NCBI GenBank assembly: GCA_963733195.1
Contig: CAVTCR010000078.1
Coordinates: forward strand, 1-64,000
DNA: 64,000 nt
Source: an uncultured delta proteobacterium
GTDB lineage: Bacteria; Desulfobacterota; Binatia; Bin18
Direction of reading: 5' to 3'
Position numbers and translations under genes: made by a program
Shown: in pieces, positions 41,086 to 52,915 of the stretch
How the letters are laid out: each line of letters begins with the position of its first letter
How positions within the stretch are numbered: position 1 is the stretch's first letter
The notes under the pieces: generated by a model
Database searches by the model: none
What the model saw: only the letters and a program-made list of their open reading frames with translations
What the model was told of the DNA's origin: nothing

Positions 41086-43295
41086 CTAGTACAACTGATA
41101 CTGCAACTCGACCCAGACGTTATCCTTACGATTGAGAACACCCAAGCCCACCATTGCCACGGCCATCAATCACGTTGTAGCGAATGCTCACCGCAAACGG
41201 GTCCCAGAACTTCCAGTCCACCCGGGCTGAATCAGCCAGTTCCCATGCCAGTCGTAGAAGAAGGTGAAACTCGGTCGCAGATTCCCGCCCATGTACGGCG
41301 TGTTCACGTTGAACGTCGTCAACCAATCCCGACTCGGCGCCTTCCACAATGAACACCCCGTCCGGTTTCCCGTGCTCGGCTCGCAACGTGCCGCTACCGC
41401 CGCATTGGTCACCGGCTTCTGGAAGCTACGATTCCGACCCGCGATCTCATCCCGGTCGTTAAACACCCCGAACGGTGCGTTAGCGATCATTGAAATTCGT
41501 CTTCTGCGAATTGCGTCGGGTGTAGAAAATCTGCGCCGAGAAGGAAAAGGAGTTGGCCGGATTGATCCAGCGAAGCCATTGGTTGTGATCTAACCCAATC
41601 ACGAACAAGAACCAGTCCCGTTTCGCGTATCCAACTTTCCGTTTCGTGACCTGATTGGCCAGCGCGCCACCAGGGGCAAAGGCCCCACCGTTACTGCCCA
41701 GTGCCCCCCCCAGGAACCGATCAAAGGCCGTCGTCCCGTCACGATGCGCATAAGCCAAGTTCGTCGGTACATCCTTGAAGTACGCCACCTCACCGCGGAA
41801 GGTGGTGTATAAGTAGTACAGCGGGTTGTCGGAACCGACAAACATCCCAGTCAACGCGTTGACTGGAAACGACAGCGAGGCTCCAGACACCTGAATCCGT
41901 CTCGAATTCCACCGTCGAGCGAATGTTGCGCTCCACACCTGCAATCGTGGCAGTGCCCCCTCGCCCGGTCGGGTTGGCCCCAGACGAGATCATTCGGTCC
42001 GAGATCGGATCATCCAGCCCCCATGGATTCCCCTCGGGCCACGGTCGTCCCTGCGAGTCCGTCGCTAACCCTAAATCCCACCGCAAGTGGTCTCTGGTCG
42101 GTGAGATGATCGACCGCCCGCACCTGGGGTGCATCTTGATAGGTGTAGTAGTGGGCCAGAGAGAAGGTAAAGTCCTAATCGTCCCGACAATGCGACCACC
42201 ACCGCGTCCATCCTTCAGGTTCGAGTGTGGAACAGAGGCACGTTCAGAGCAATTCCCACCCTCGCGTGGCCCTGCCCCGGACCCGGCATACGGCATCAAC
42301 GGGTCTTCATTGTACGCTGGTATCCCTCGCCGCGCCATGTAGTCCCCACCACACGGCGTGCGCCCGACCATAATCGCCGTGTTGCCGTTCTGGATACTGC
42401 CCCAGTAGTTCGTCGAACTGGTCGGTAACCCTGTGGTGGGGATTTCGTTATCGATCGAATAGAACCCCTCCAGCGTCAGGTCATTGATCGGCCCGACCGT
42501 GCCAAAACTCCACTGCGCCCGCAGCATGTTGAGCGGAACCCGCCGCTCATCTAACCCACGTCAGAAACCCGGCAAAAGTGTTGTCCAGGGGGTTGATCTG
42601 GTCAAGCAGCCGAAACCCGTCCGATTCACCCCACGACAGGTTCTGCCTCCCAATGCGGATAAAGAGCGGTCCTTTGGTAATATTGAAGTACCACTCAAAC
42701 AAGCGAATGTTAGGACCGCGCAGCTCCCGCAGATGGCGACGGTTGGTAGAGCGAGATCACATCGGCCGGATCATCGGATGCCTTGCGTCCCGCAGGCCAA
42801 GGATGGCGCGTGACAGCTGCCGAAAATGGCGTGAAGTAGAGCCCATCATATGGGTCGCCGTTCTGCGATCATCAAAGTAGGGGGCTTTGAGGCGTGTCCC
42901 CTTCATCATCTTCTTCATCGCATTGGGGCCGTAGTCCCACACCCCGTCATACTCGTCGCGCATGTTGAGGTAGTAGTCGAAGGAGTCGAAATTGAGAAAC
43001 TCAAACACCGGGCCAATCGTCGGGAACCCGCGCGCGAGGCGGCTGATGTTATGGCGCCATTCTAAGGTGAGAAAGTTCCGGTGCTGGACCAAATTGCCGG
43101 TCTTGGTAGAGCTGTCGGCCCGCTGCCATGCTGTCACTCGACAGGGCGATGGTCCCCCGCGTAATAGGCAAAGCCCGATAGACTCATCTCCCGTCGATCA
43201 TCAAAGAAATACCCCCACGCCGCACTTGTTGGCAGAAACCAGACCGCAAGCACGACAGACAGCCACCAACCCATGTGTTGTCTTTGTCCCCTCAT
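41086..43295 (-). CDS. DUF1302-like outer-membrane beta-barrel (many frameshifts)
   Basis: Signal peptide MRGQRQHMGWWLSVVLAVWFLPTSAAWG; NLVQHRNFL, LFEWYFNI..RIGRQNLSWGESD, IGLDHNQW; C-terminal DNVWVELQYQLY*. Confidence 0.75.
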
Positions 43296-43488
43296 GACAA
43301 ACCCTCCTTAATCTTTGTGTAGACCCCTTCCGTTCGCCTTTGCCCTACGCACGGAGAAGAGCAGCCCCTACTCTACAGGTTCACATATATCGGTTCTTAT
43401 TTTTTTGTCAAATTTTTTTAACATTACGTAAAAAAACTTTCTCATTACAGCTTATAAATGGGCCGCCTAGATGGGTGGCCCAGCAAAA

Positions 43489-45985
43489 CTACGCCCGCAA
43501 CTCCATGCCGATATTCCGGCGCGTGGCCCACAGATGCTCGCCAACAGCGACAACGAGCGCCAAGACACCTAAGGTGAGCAACTCAGCATACCCAGTGTAG
43601 TAGAGAATGAGGGCGGGAACGAAGGTCACTAGCAGGACGACTATCATTGCCTTATTCGGCAAGGGGAAACGCGGCTGCAGGAGGGATACTATACCCGGAA
43701 TAAATGCCAGCGCTCCCACAATATGAAAAAAGAGCAGCATCGTGAGCAGGATCGCCATCTCGGCCTGGAATTTCATCGGGAAAGAAGATCCAGAAGAGCA
43801 CACTCATAGTGAGGGTTGTGCCGGTGAACATGATCGCCTTGCCCGTGGTCATCAGCGCTTCCTCAATCGCCCGGTCATAGTCATGAAAACGCTCGAACTC
43901 CTCAATAATACGCGAGAGTACGTAGTAGCCGTAATCGACGCCAATACCGATTCCCACAGCCGCCACCGGCAGGGAGTTGATGTTGGCATCGATCCCCATC
44001 CAGTACATGACTGCTTCGGAGAGCGGCTGGGACACGATCGAAGGGATCATGACGATCAATGCCCCCACCACCGAGGCGTAGGTCAATACGCTGAGGACAA
44101 ACACCGAGACCATCACCAGGATCAAGTTCCACTTGTACGACCACTCTACTTCCTCGTTCACCGCCGCGAGGATGCCGAGCAGTCCGCCCGCCAGACGAAA
44201 CTGGATATTCTCCACCGGGTTCTCATCAATGAACTGCCGCGCCCTGTCGATTGAGCCTACCACGGTCTCGTGGTTGTAGTCCTTGTAGAAAATGGTGATG
44301 GTGGCGTTCTGCGAGTTCTTATCGAGAAAACGGTCAAGGTCGTCAGACCCCAAGGTATTGAGGAATTGGTAGAAGATGTTGCCGATGTCACGCGGGTTAT
44401 CGGGAAGAATCGCCCACTTGGGGATGCCCTCTTGGAACATCTGATAGAGGCGACGGGCCATAGTCGTAATCGTGATACTGCCTCCCACCAGTGGCTGCTG
44501 CTCCATAAAGCGCTGAAATTTCTCGAGGGTCATCAGGACTTGGGGGTCTTTGATGACCCCGATGTCCTTCCCTTCCGCAAGAATCACGAGCTGTGAAGCG
44601 CCGACAAACTTCTCGTTCACCTTGTCATACGAAACATTGTAGTCGTGGGAATTGTACAGCAGGGCCTTGCCGATCGAGACGTCGCCGATCTTGAGGTAAC
44701 TCGAGTACGTCATGCCAAGGACCATAAACACCGCAAAGATACCGATCATCGCATAGCGATACCCGCCTTCACTGATCCTAATCATGGCACGGTTGATAGT
44801 GTTGTAGATGCGATCGGAAAAGCGTAACCCGGCCTTAGGGTCATCCCGTGGCGGTGGAAGAAAGGAGAGGACAATCGGATGCAAGGTGACCACACTGATG
44901 GCAATGGTAGAGACCCAAAAACAGGTGACATAGGCAATCTTCTGAATGACCGGGATCCGCGCGACGGCCAGGGTCAGAATGGCAAACGCATCGGTGGCGA
45001 TCGCCACCAGGGCCGGGCTAAACAGGCCCACGTAGGAGGCCATAATCGCGTCGCGCTGGTTCCCCAGGCGGTGGTATTCCTCGTGGTAACGCTCCATTGA
45101 CTGCACCGAGTGGGACAGTGCGCGGGCCGTAATCAGGACAAAGATCACGAGCACTAGCGGGTCGAGGTTAAACCCGAAGTAGCCGGCGAACCCCAGGGCC
45201 CACCACGAACTCAACAGTCCAGAGCCAAGGGGCACAAAGACCCCCACGGCTGTCCTGAAGTAAAACCACAATAGGAGAATAATGACCAAGATAGAGACGC
45301 CAATAACCGCGAAAATATAGTTCTTATAGTTAAAGATCCACGAGTAGAGCATTGGGAACCCGGCGACATAGACCTGGTGGTTCCCGTCCTTCTCGACCTC
45401 TTGGCGAATTCGCGTCATGCGATCATACAGGTTACGGAAATCCACTCCTTCTTCCCAGAAACCGGCGGTGATGAGCGCCGCAGTGTTGTCGCGTGAGACA
45501 TAAAAGCCGTGCACCCCTTCGTTGGTGTAGACAGCATTCTTGATTTGCTTGACATCGTCCATTGTTTTGGGCGGTCCAGGATACATGATGGGATAGGCCG
45601 TGATCATCGCCCCGGTGATGCGGATATTTTTCATCTTGGGGTGAGTGAGCGAGAGGAGTTGGTAGGGATTCACGCCCGCGGTTTCCAGCACTTGGCGCGT
45701 GGCCCAATCCAGTTTATTGATCGTTTCAACGTTAAAAATATCTCCCTGTTTCTTCTCAATGGCCATGACCAGCACGTTCGCCGTGCCGAACATACGCCGA
45801 TATTGCTGGTAGAGCTGGATATAGGGGTGATCAGGAGGGTAGAGATCGAAGAAGTTGGTGTAGACTCGCATCTTCCATGACTGCCAGCCGAGAAAGATGG
45901 TCATGAGGGTGAGCACAGCGAGGATCGACCAGCGGAAGTTAAGCAAAAATCTGAGATAGGCCTCCATTGCCCAACGAGGAAGCAT
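43489..45985 (-). CDS. MMPL/RND family transporter (copy 1; frameshift near 43780)
   Basis: FFDLYPPDHPY, ARALSHSVQ, LPVAAVGIGIGVDY, TGKAIMFTGTT. Confidence 0.92.
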
Positions 45986-46039
45986 AGCTATAACCTTTCT
46001 TCTTTGTGTTCGTGCGCACAGCGCACGTCACTGGGCTGA

Positions 46040-46192
46040 TGGCTCGCTCGTTTCACTCGCTCTATAACGGATGGCTCGTTCGCTGCGCTCACTCTATGGC
46101 AAGAAAGCTCTTCCATAGCCATAAAGCGAGCGTAGTGAGCGTGCTATCTGCTATAAAGCGACCGAAGGGAGCGGGCCATGAGCCTCTCTGCC
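46040..46192. repeat. Compound palindromic repeat between the MMPL paralogs
   Basis: ggctcgctcgtttcactcgctctata x2 ... tataaagcgagcgtagtgagc-like x2 in inverted arrangement. Confidence 0.6.
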
Positions 46193-46195
46193 GCC

Positions 46196-48717
46196 TCAGA
46201 CTCGCAACTCCATGCCGATATTGTGGCGCGTCGCGTACCAATGCTCACCGATAGCCACGATCACCGCCAAAATCCCAAGCGTCCCAAGGTCTGCATAATC
46301 AAAGTAATAGAGCACCCCAGCGGGGATGAAGATTGCCAGCAGGAGAATCATCATGATCTTATTCGGCAATGGGAAACGCGGCTTCAACAAGGACACCATC
46401 CCAGGAATGAAGGCGAGTGCCCCAACCACATGAAAGAACAACAAGAGTGTCAACAGGATGGCCATTTCCGATTGAAACTTCATCGGAAAGAAGACCCAGA
46501 AGATCACGCTGACGGTCAGTGTTGTCCCAGTAAACATAATCGCCCGCCCAGTGGTCATCAGCGCTTCTTCGATCGCCCGCTCATGGTCGCCGAACCGCTG
46601 GAATTCTTCCACGATGCGAGAGAGCACATAGTAGCCATAGTCGATGCCGATGCCGATCCCGACCGCAGCAACCGGCAACGAGTTAATGTTGGCATCGATT
46701 CCCATCCAATACATAGATGCTTCAGACAGTGGCTGGGCGACAATCGATGGAATCATCACAATCAGCGCGCCCACCACAGACGCATAGGTCAGCATGCTGA
46801 GAATAAAGACTGTCACCATCACCAGGATCAGATTCCACTTATAGGACCACTCGACTTCCTCATTCACCGCCGCCAGAATCCCCAGCAAGCCGCCAGCCAG
46901 GCGGAATGCGATGTTCTCGGTCGGATTTTGCGTCGATAAACTGCTGCGCGTTCGCGATTGATCCCACCACAGTTTCGTGGTTGTAGTCTTTGTAGAAGAC
47001 GGTAATGGTGGCGTTCTGCGAGTTCTTGTCGAGAAAGAGATCAAGGTCATCCGCGCCCACGGTATTGAGAAATTGATAGAAAATATTTCCCACATCGCGT
47101 GGGTTATCAGGAATAATGCCCCATTTGGGAATGCCTTCTTGGAACATTTGATAGAGGCGGCGCGCCATCGTGGTGATGGTGATACTGCCACCGACGAGCT
47201 CCTGTTGTTCCATGTGGCGTTGGAACTTCTCCAGGGTTTGCAGAATCTGCGGATCTTTGATGACGCCCGGCTTCTTTTCCTTCGGCGAGAATCACGAGTT
47301 GCGAGGCACCAACGAATTTTTCGTTGATCTTGTCGTAGGCAACGTTATAGGCGTGATCGTCGTACATGAGCGCTTTGCCGATCGAGACATCGCCGATCTT
47401 GAGGTCAGTGCGAATAGACCATGCCAATCGCCAGCGCAACCGTAAAACTCCCAAGCACATAGTAACGGGCATTGCCCTGGCTAATGCTGACCATCATGCG
47501 ATTGATGGCGTTGTACAGCTTGTCCGAGAAGCGCGTCCCAGCTTTTGGATCATGCGGAGGCGGGGGAATGTAATAGAGGATAATTGGATGCAGCGTGACT
47601 ACGCTGATAAAAATTGTAAAGACCCAGAAACTCGACACATAGGCAAGTTTCTGAATCAGCGGGATGTGGGCAAGCGCGAGCGTCAAGATCGCAAAGCCAT
47701 CTGCCAAAATTGAGACGATCGCTGGACTAAACAGGCTGAGGTAGGAAGCCATGATCGCGTCCATCTTGTTCGCTTTGTCGCCTTGCTCACGTTCCAGTCG
47801 GTGATACTCCTCGTGGTAGCGTTCCATCGACTGAACAGAATGTGACAGAGCGCGGGCGGTAATCAGGACTAACACCACGAGTACCAGCGGGTCGAGGTTG
47901 AAACCGTAGTAGCCCGCCAGTCCCAACGCCAGCATGCGCGCTGAGCAAACCAGAGAACAGCGGCACCCACACGCCGGTGAAGGTGCGGAAGTAGAACCAG
48001 AGCATGGCGACGATAATCAAAACCGTCACACCGATGACCGCCAGGATGTAGTTCTTGTAGCTAAAGATCCACGAGTACAGCATCGGAAAACCGGCAGATA
48101 TACGCAGTATGGTTGCCATCCGATTCAATCTCTGCTTTTAGCGCATTCAGGCGATTGTAGAGATTACGGAAATCCACCCCCTCTTCCCAGAAGCCGGCGG
48201 AAATTAAGGCAGCCGTATTATCTCGTGCGACAAAAAAGCCGTGTACCCCTTCATTGGTGTACACCGCTTTCTTAATCGGCTTGACATCATCCGGCGTTTT
48301 TGGTGGAGCCGGGTACATGATAGGATAGGCGGTGATCATCGCGCCCGTAATACGGATGTTTTTCATCTTGGGATGGGTGAGTGACCGCACCTGGTAGGGA
48401 TTCACTCCTGAAGTTTCCATCACCTGGATAGTGGCCTTATTGACTTTGTTGATCGTGTCAACGTTAAAGATGTCGCCATCCTTGCGTTCGATCATGATCA
48501 TCAAGACGTTGGCGGTACCAAACATCTTGCGATATTGCTGATAGAGCTGAATGTAGGGATGTCCAGGCGGGTAGAGATCGAAGAAGTTGGTGTAGACTTG
48601 CATGTTTTTAAGGTGCCACCCTAAGAACAAAGTAATGGCTGCCACAACAACGAGGACCGAGACACGAAATTTGATCAAGAAGTTAATGTATGCTTCCATC
48701 CAATGGCGAGGCAGCAT
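46196..48717 (-). CDS. MMPL/RND family transporter (copy 2; several frameshifts)
   Basis: Close paralog of copy 1: MLPRHWMEAY, ARALSHSVQ, GIGIGIDY, IGMELRV*. Confidence 0.9.
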
Positions 48718-48809
48718 GAGCTATCCCTCCTTAAACTATGTGAAACTTCAACAGGGGGCGTGTCGTCCAGAAAAGGCGGTGGTCTGATCGCCTTAAGTTA
48801 ACGACTTCC

Positions 48810-48955
48810 TCGGTCGCTCGCACCCTTCGACTTCGCTTCGCGTAGTTTATCCTGAGCTTTGTCGAAGGGCTCAGGGCGAGCGGCGTGATGGGAAAATCGT
48901 AGAAAAAGTTCCGCTCATGCTGAGCGTAGCCGTGTAAGCGGCGAAGTCGAAGCAC
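48810..48955. repeat. CCCTTCGAC..GCTCAGG-type nested palindromic repeat
   Basis: cccttcgacttcgc..cctgagctttgtcgaagggctcagggcgagcgg..ccgctcatgctgagc..gtcgaagca. Confidence 0.7.
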
Positions 48956-48966
48956 AGGTTGAATCC

Positions 48967-49967
48967 TTACTGTCGTTTGAAGCGCGTAGAGAAGTCTACT
49001 TTTGTCCCCTCGGCAAAGAGCGTCAAACCGTTTGATCCAGTGATCAAGCCATGTGAGCCCTGTATGACGGACAATCCCATGAGCCAGTACAACGACAGTT
49101 CTTCTGGAGCGTCTAGCAGGCTCCAATTCTTGCCAGCATCTGTTGAGGTAAGAATCACCCCTTCATCACCTACCGCAAGCCCAGTGTCCCCATCAAGCGC
49201 GACATTATAGAGCGCGGTCTGCACCGGGCTTTCGTACGCTTTCCAGGTTTTCCCTGCATCCTCACTTTGCAGGATCGTTCCATCCATACCAACCGCACAA
49301 CCGAAAGCCCCATCCTTAAAACTTAAACCTAAGAGCGTGGCCTCAGTCCCGGTTGGTTTGCTTCGTCCAAGCTTGCGCCACCATCCTCGCTGAGCAAGAG
49401 CGTTCCCCGCTCGCCAGCAATCCAGGCTTTTCCTGAATCGTGCATGACTACAGCATACAGAAAAACATCTTCTTTCTGTTCTGGTTTATCTTTAAATGGG
49501 TCATTCCAAGTTTTTCCCCCGTCTGTCGTCTGAATGACCGTACCAAAGTCCCCAGCCGCAATTCCCCGTTGATTGTCAAGAAATGTCAGATTGAACAAGT
49601 GATGGGGCGTTCCGCTGACTTGCTTCTCCCACGTTTTTCCTCCATCAGTCGTGTGAAGAATTAGCCCAGATTTCCCGGACACCCACCCTTCCGTCGGACT
49701 GACGAAACGCACTCCGTAGAGCGGCTCGAACACCTTGCTATCTTGCTTCTCCCACGTTTTTCCGCGGTCTTTGGTGTGGTAAATCGCCCCAAAGCTTCCT
49801 ACGGTCCATCCTTCATCAGCAGAAATGAGATGCGTGGCATAGAAGTGATCGCGAATTCGCATTTGTTCTTGTGCGACGGCCTCTCCTCTGTACCCTGCGA
49901 AGATCCCCACAATGCCGATGAAGATCATTACCCAGTGGCGCGAGGGGAAGAAATTGCTGCCTATCAT
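48967..49967 (-). CDS. YCF48/BNR-repeat beta-propeller periplasmic protein (frameshift near 49330)
   Basis: Repeated T.DGGKTW Asp-box motifs; signal peptide. Confidence 0.88.
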
Positions 49968-50167
49968 GATCAGTCTCCCTCCTTAAAAGATGCATGTAGA
50001 CTCGTGCGGCTGGAAAAGCGTGCCCATGTCTTAGACCAGGAGATAAAGACTTGTCAACAACGACCCTCTCCTCACGAAGAGAAGATGCCCTGCCTCAAAG
50101 GGTATTTTGCGCGGCACAGTGAATCCCTCGCTCCTGGAAAAACTCGATGCTATAAGGACATCGCCCA

Positions 50168-52510
50168 ATGGAAGGAGGGAGCATGTCTGTTCCACAATGG
50201 GGCAGCCGTTGGACCCATTTCATCGTTTCTCACCGGATGTTTGTTCTCTGCATTTTGGTCAGTCTCATTGTCGCTGGACTGTGGCAATCGCAGCGTGTCT
50301 CATTGTCAGCGAAAATGACTGACTATTATCCCAACCACCACCCCCACGTTCGTCTCTACCGTGAGTTTGCCGAAATGCTGAAGATGGCAAATACGGTTGT
50401 CATCACTGTGACCGTCAAAGAAGGCTCAATCTATACCAACGAAGCATTAGGAAAGATTCATCGCCTCACAGTGAATCTACTCGAAACCCGCGGTGTAAAT
50501 CCGAACGAGGTCATGTCACTGACCCATCCTCGTCTCAAAGACATCCGCGTCAGCAACGATAACATCGAAATATTGCCAGTCGTGAAGCAACCCGAACAGC
50601 AACAAACCCCAGACGCGCTCGCACACATTAAGAATGCGGTGTACACGAACCTCGGTATTCGTAGCGTGTATGTTTCCCCCGACGACAAAACGGCACTAAT
50701 TCGAGCCGGATTCTGGGATGGGATGGTAGAACCACTGGCAGTCTTTGAGCGGCTCCACACAATTACCGCTCGTGAGCGCGATGCGAGTACCGAGGTGCAT
50801 TTTACCGGGAATCTTGTCTTAGCCGCGTGGCTGAGAACCTCTGCCTCTCGCATCTTGCTCCTGCTTTTTGCCAGTGGAGCACTCGCGATATTCTTCTGTG
50901 GTCAGAGCCTTGGCTCTATTCACGCATTTTTTCTTGTGTTGTGCACCAATGTAGTTGGGGCAATCGTTAGTCTCGGTCTACTCGGAGCTTGCGGCCTCGT
51001 GCTCGAACCCCTGATGCTCTTCGTGTTTTTCCCTTTAGGAATTCGTGGCATGAGTCTCGTCATCAGTTGGTATACGCATCTAGTGCAGGTCTATCGAGCG
51101 GTAGGAACTCCCTTCGCCACTCAGGAAAGCCACCTCTCTGCCCTGGAGCAGACGGCAGCACAGGTGTATCGGCCGCTGACGATAGCGCTTGGCATTGACG
51201 GCCTCGCTTTTCTCAGCTTGGCTCTGTCGGATGTTCCAGTTATCCGATCCCTCGCTGTCCTCGGCGCGGGGTGGAGTATCGGTCTCTTGTTCGCGTTGTG
51301 GCTGCTGTTCCCATTGTGGTCCTTGATGTTTCGCTTCCGTCCAGTTTCTACACTCCAACCACTCCGCACGGAACGACTTATTACCCGGCTCACCCAGGGA
51401 CTACGGCATACTGTTCCTTCCTCATCTCTATTGCCACTGGGGTTGCTGATGCTCGCTGGGTTTGGCACCGTCGCTGCGGTGCAGCTTAAAGCAGGCCGCG
51501 AGGTGATGGGATCGACACTGTTCTACAGCACGCACCCGTACAATCAGGCGTTCGCCCTGGTTAGTGAGAAGTTCATTGGTGTGAACCAACTCATTATTGT
51601 CGCCCAAGCCAATGACGATGCTGCCTTCCGCAACCCGCAGGCACTCCGAACTATCGAAGCCTTCCAACAGCATATGGCAGAAGACCAAGACTTCGGCGGA
51701 ACCGTCGCAATTACGAATCTTGTCAAATCGATCACTCGCATGTTCCACGAAGACATTCCGAAATGGGAGGTCATCCCTGACGATCTTGATTCGGCGGGTC
51801 AAGTCATCTTTCGCGTTGTTTCTTCTGCGGCGACCCCTAGCGACGTCGCTCGCTTATTTTCGCAGGACTTTCGCGCTACCGCGGTGACGTTTTTCTATCG
51901 GCAATACTCCCCGAGTATTGTGGCTCGCATCCTCGAACGAGCGCGCACGTTTACGGTGACGGGTGATGGCCACAATGTCCAATTTCACATTGGTGGAGGA
52001 TTACTCGGAATCCTTGCTGCCATGCATGCGGCGGTCGAACAGAACTATTGGAGGTTCTATGCCGTGTTCATCGTGCTGATCGCACTCGGCATTCTGCTTG
52101 CCACCGGATCGGTCCGTTCACTACTAGAGATACTCGGAACAGCCTTACTCATCCAAGCAGCACTCCTCCTCCTCCTGTGGTGGGGAGGAATTGACTTGAA
52201 CATGTATTCGCTTCCCATCATTGTCGCTGGTCTGGGCATGTTCTTACTACCGACATTTTCCTTTTGGACCGCTCAAGAGGAGAACACCGCCTTTCATTCG
52301 TTGGTGACCACAGGTGTCATTACAGCAGTGGCAGCAGCGCTGTGGCTCCTTTCCCCATTGCGGTTGCAAGCAGAAATGGGAGTGTTCCTTATCGTCACGG
52401 CTTTCCTGAGCATATTGCTTCCGTTACAGCTACGACAAGTCTTCGGCTCAGCCAGTCTGACAGTCCAAGAGTCGAACAGTCAGACTGATAGACTTCAGGC
52501 TCCAGGCTGA
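50168..52510 (+). CDS. Divergent MMPL/RND family protein (copy 3)
   Basis: HPHVRLY, SLTHPRLK, IKNAVYTN, EKFIGVNQL, IPKW, GGLLGILAA shared with copies 1/2; TM motifs degenerate. Confidence 0.85.
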   Translation: MEGGSMSVPQWGSRWTHFIVSHRMFVLCILVSLIVAGLWQSQRVSLSAKMTDYYPNHHPHVRLYREFAEMLKMANTVVITVTVKEGSIYTNEALGKIHRLTVNLLETRGVNPNEVMSLTHPRLKDIRVSNDNIEILPVVKQPEQQQTPDALAHIKNAVYTNLGIRSVYVSPDDKTALIRAGFWDGMVEPLAVFERLHTITARERDASTEVHFTGNLVLAAWLRTSASRILLLLFASGALAIFFCGQSLGSIHAFFLVLCTNVVGAIVSLGLLGACGLVLEPLMLFVFFPLGIRGMSLVISWYTHLVQVYRAVGTPFATQESHLSALEQTAAQVYRPLTIALGIDGLAFLSLALSDVPVIRSLAVLGAGWSIGLLFALWLLFPLWSLMFRFRPVSTLQPLRTERLITRLTQGLRHTVPSSSLLPLGLLMLAGFGTVAAVQLKAGREVMGSTLFYSTHPYNQAFALVSEKFIGVNQLIIVAQANDDAAFRNPQALRTIEAFQQHMAEDQDFGGTVAITNLVKSITRMFHEDIPKWEVIPDDLDSAGQVIFRVVSSAATPSDVARLFSQDFRATAVTFFYRQYSPSIVARILERARTFTVTGDGHNVQFHIGGGLLGILAAMHAAVEQNYWRFYAVFIVLIALGILLATGSVRSLLEILGTALLIQAALLLLLWWGGIDLNMYSLPIIVAGLGMFLLPTFSFWTAQEENTAFHSLVTTGVITAVAAALWLLSPLRLQAEMGVFLIVTAFLSILLPLQLRQVFGSASLTVQESNSQTDRLQAPG

Positions 52511-52581
52511 TAAATTTCGAACTGATGAGGTGACGGTGCATTTGACAGAAAAGAGATATCCGGAAGGTGCGTGTTCCCAAA

Positions 52582-52665
52582 CAGTGAAGAATTAAAAGTT
52601 ATGAGTGAAGAGTTGAAAATTCCTCGTCCTCAACTCTTAACCGTTAATTCTGAACTCTTAACTGT
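52582..52665. repeat. Inverted heptamer array (GTGAAGA / TCTTAAC)
   Basis: cagtgaagaattaaaagttatgagtgaagagttga ... tcaactcttaaccgttaattctgaactcttaactg. Confidence 0.75.
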
Positions 52666-52782
52666 TTCTGCTATTGTCCTCACGATCGAACTCCGGTGTA
52701 GCGCGGCTCAAAGCAAAGACAGCGGCTGTTTCCTTTACTCTTCTAATTGGAGCGAATCTTGGCGATGCATGGGGCGCAAGGT

Positions 52783-52910
52783 TAGATGAGCTTCCTTGAG
52801 CTTGCCAGTCACAAACTTATGCAAGGTGCTGGCAATCAGTGTCTGATACGGAATGCCTTCCATCACGGCCCGTTTTTGCAGCTTTCCAGGTCTCGGGAAG
52901 AAATGCGACG
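52783..52910 (-). pseudogene. C-terminal remnant of a CopG/BrnA-type antitoxin
   Basis: RISSRDL / KLQKRAVMEGIPYQTLIASTLHKFVTG with no N-terminus and no toxin gene. Confidence 0.6.
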
Positions 52911-52915
52911 ATTCT

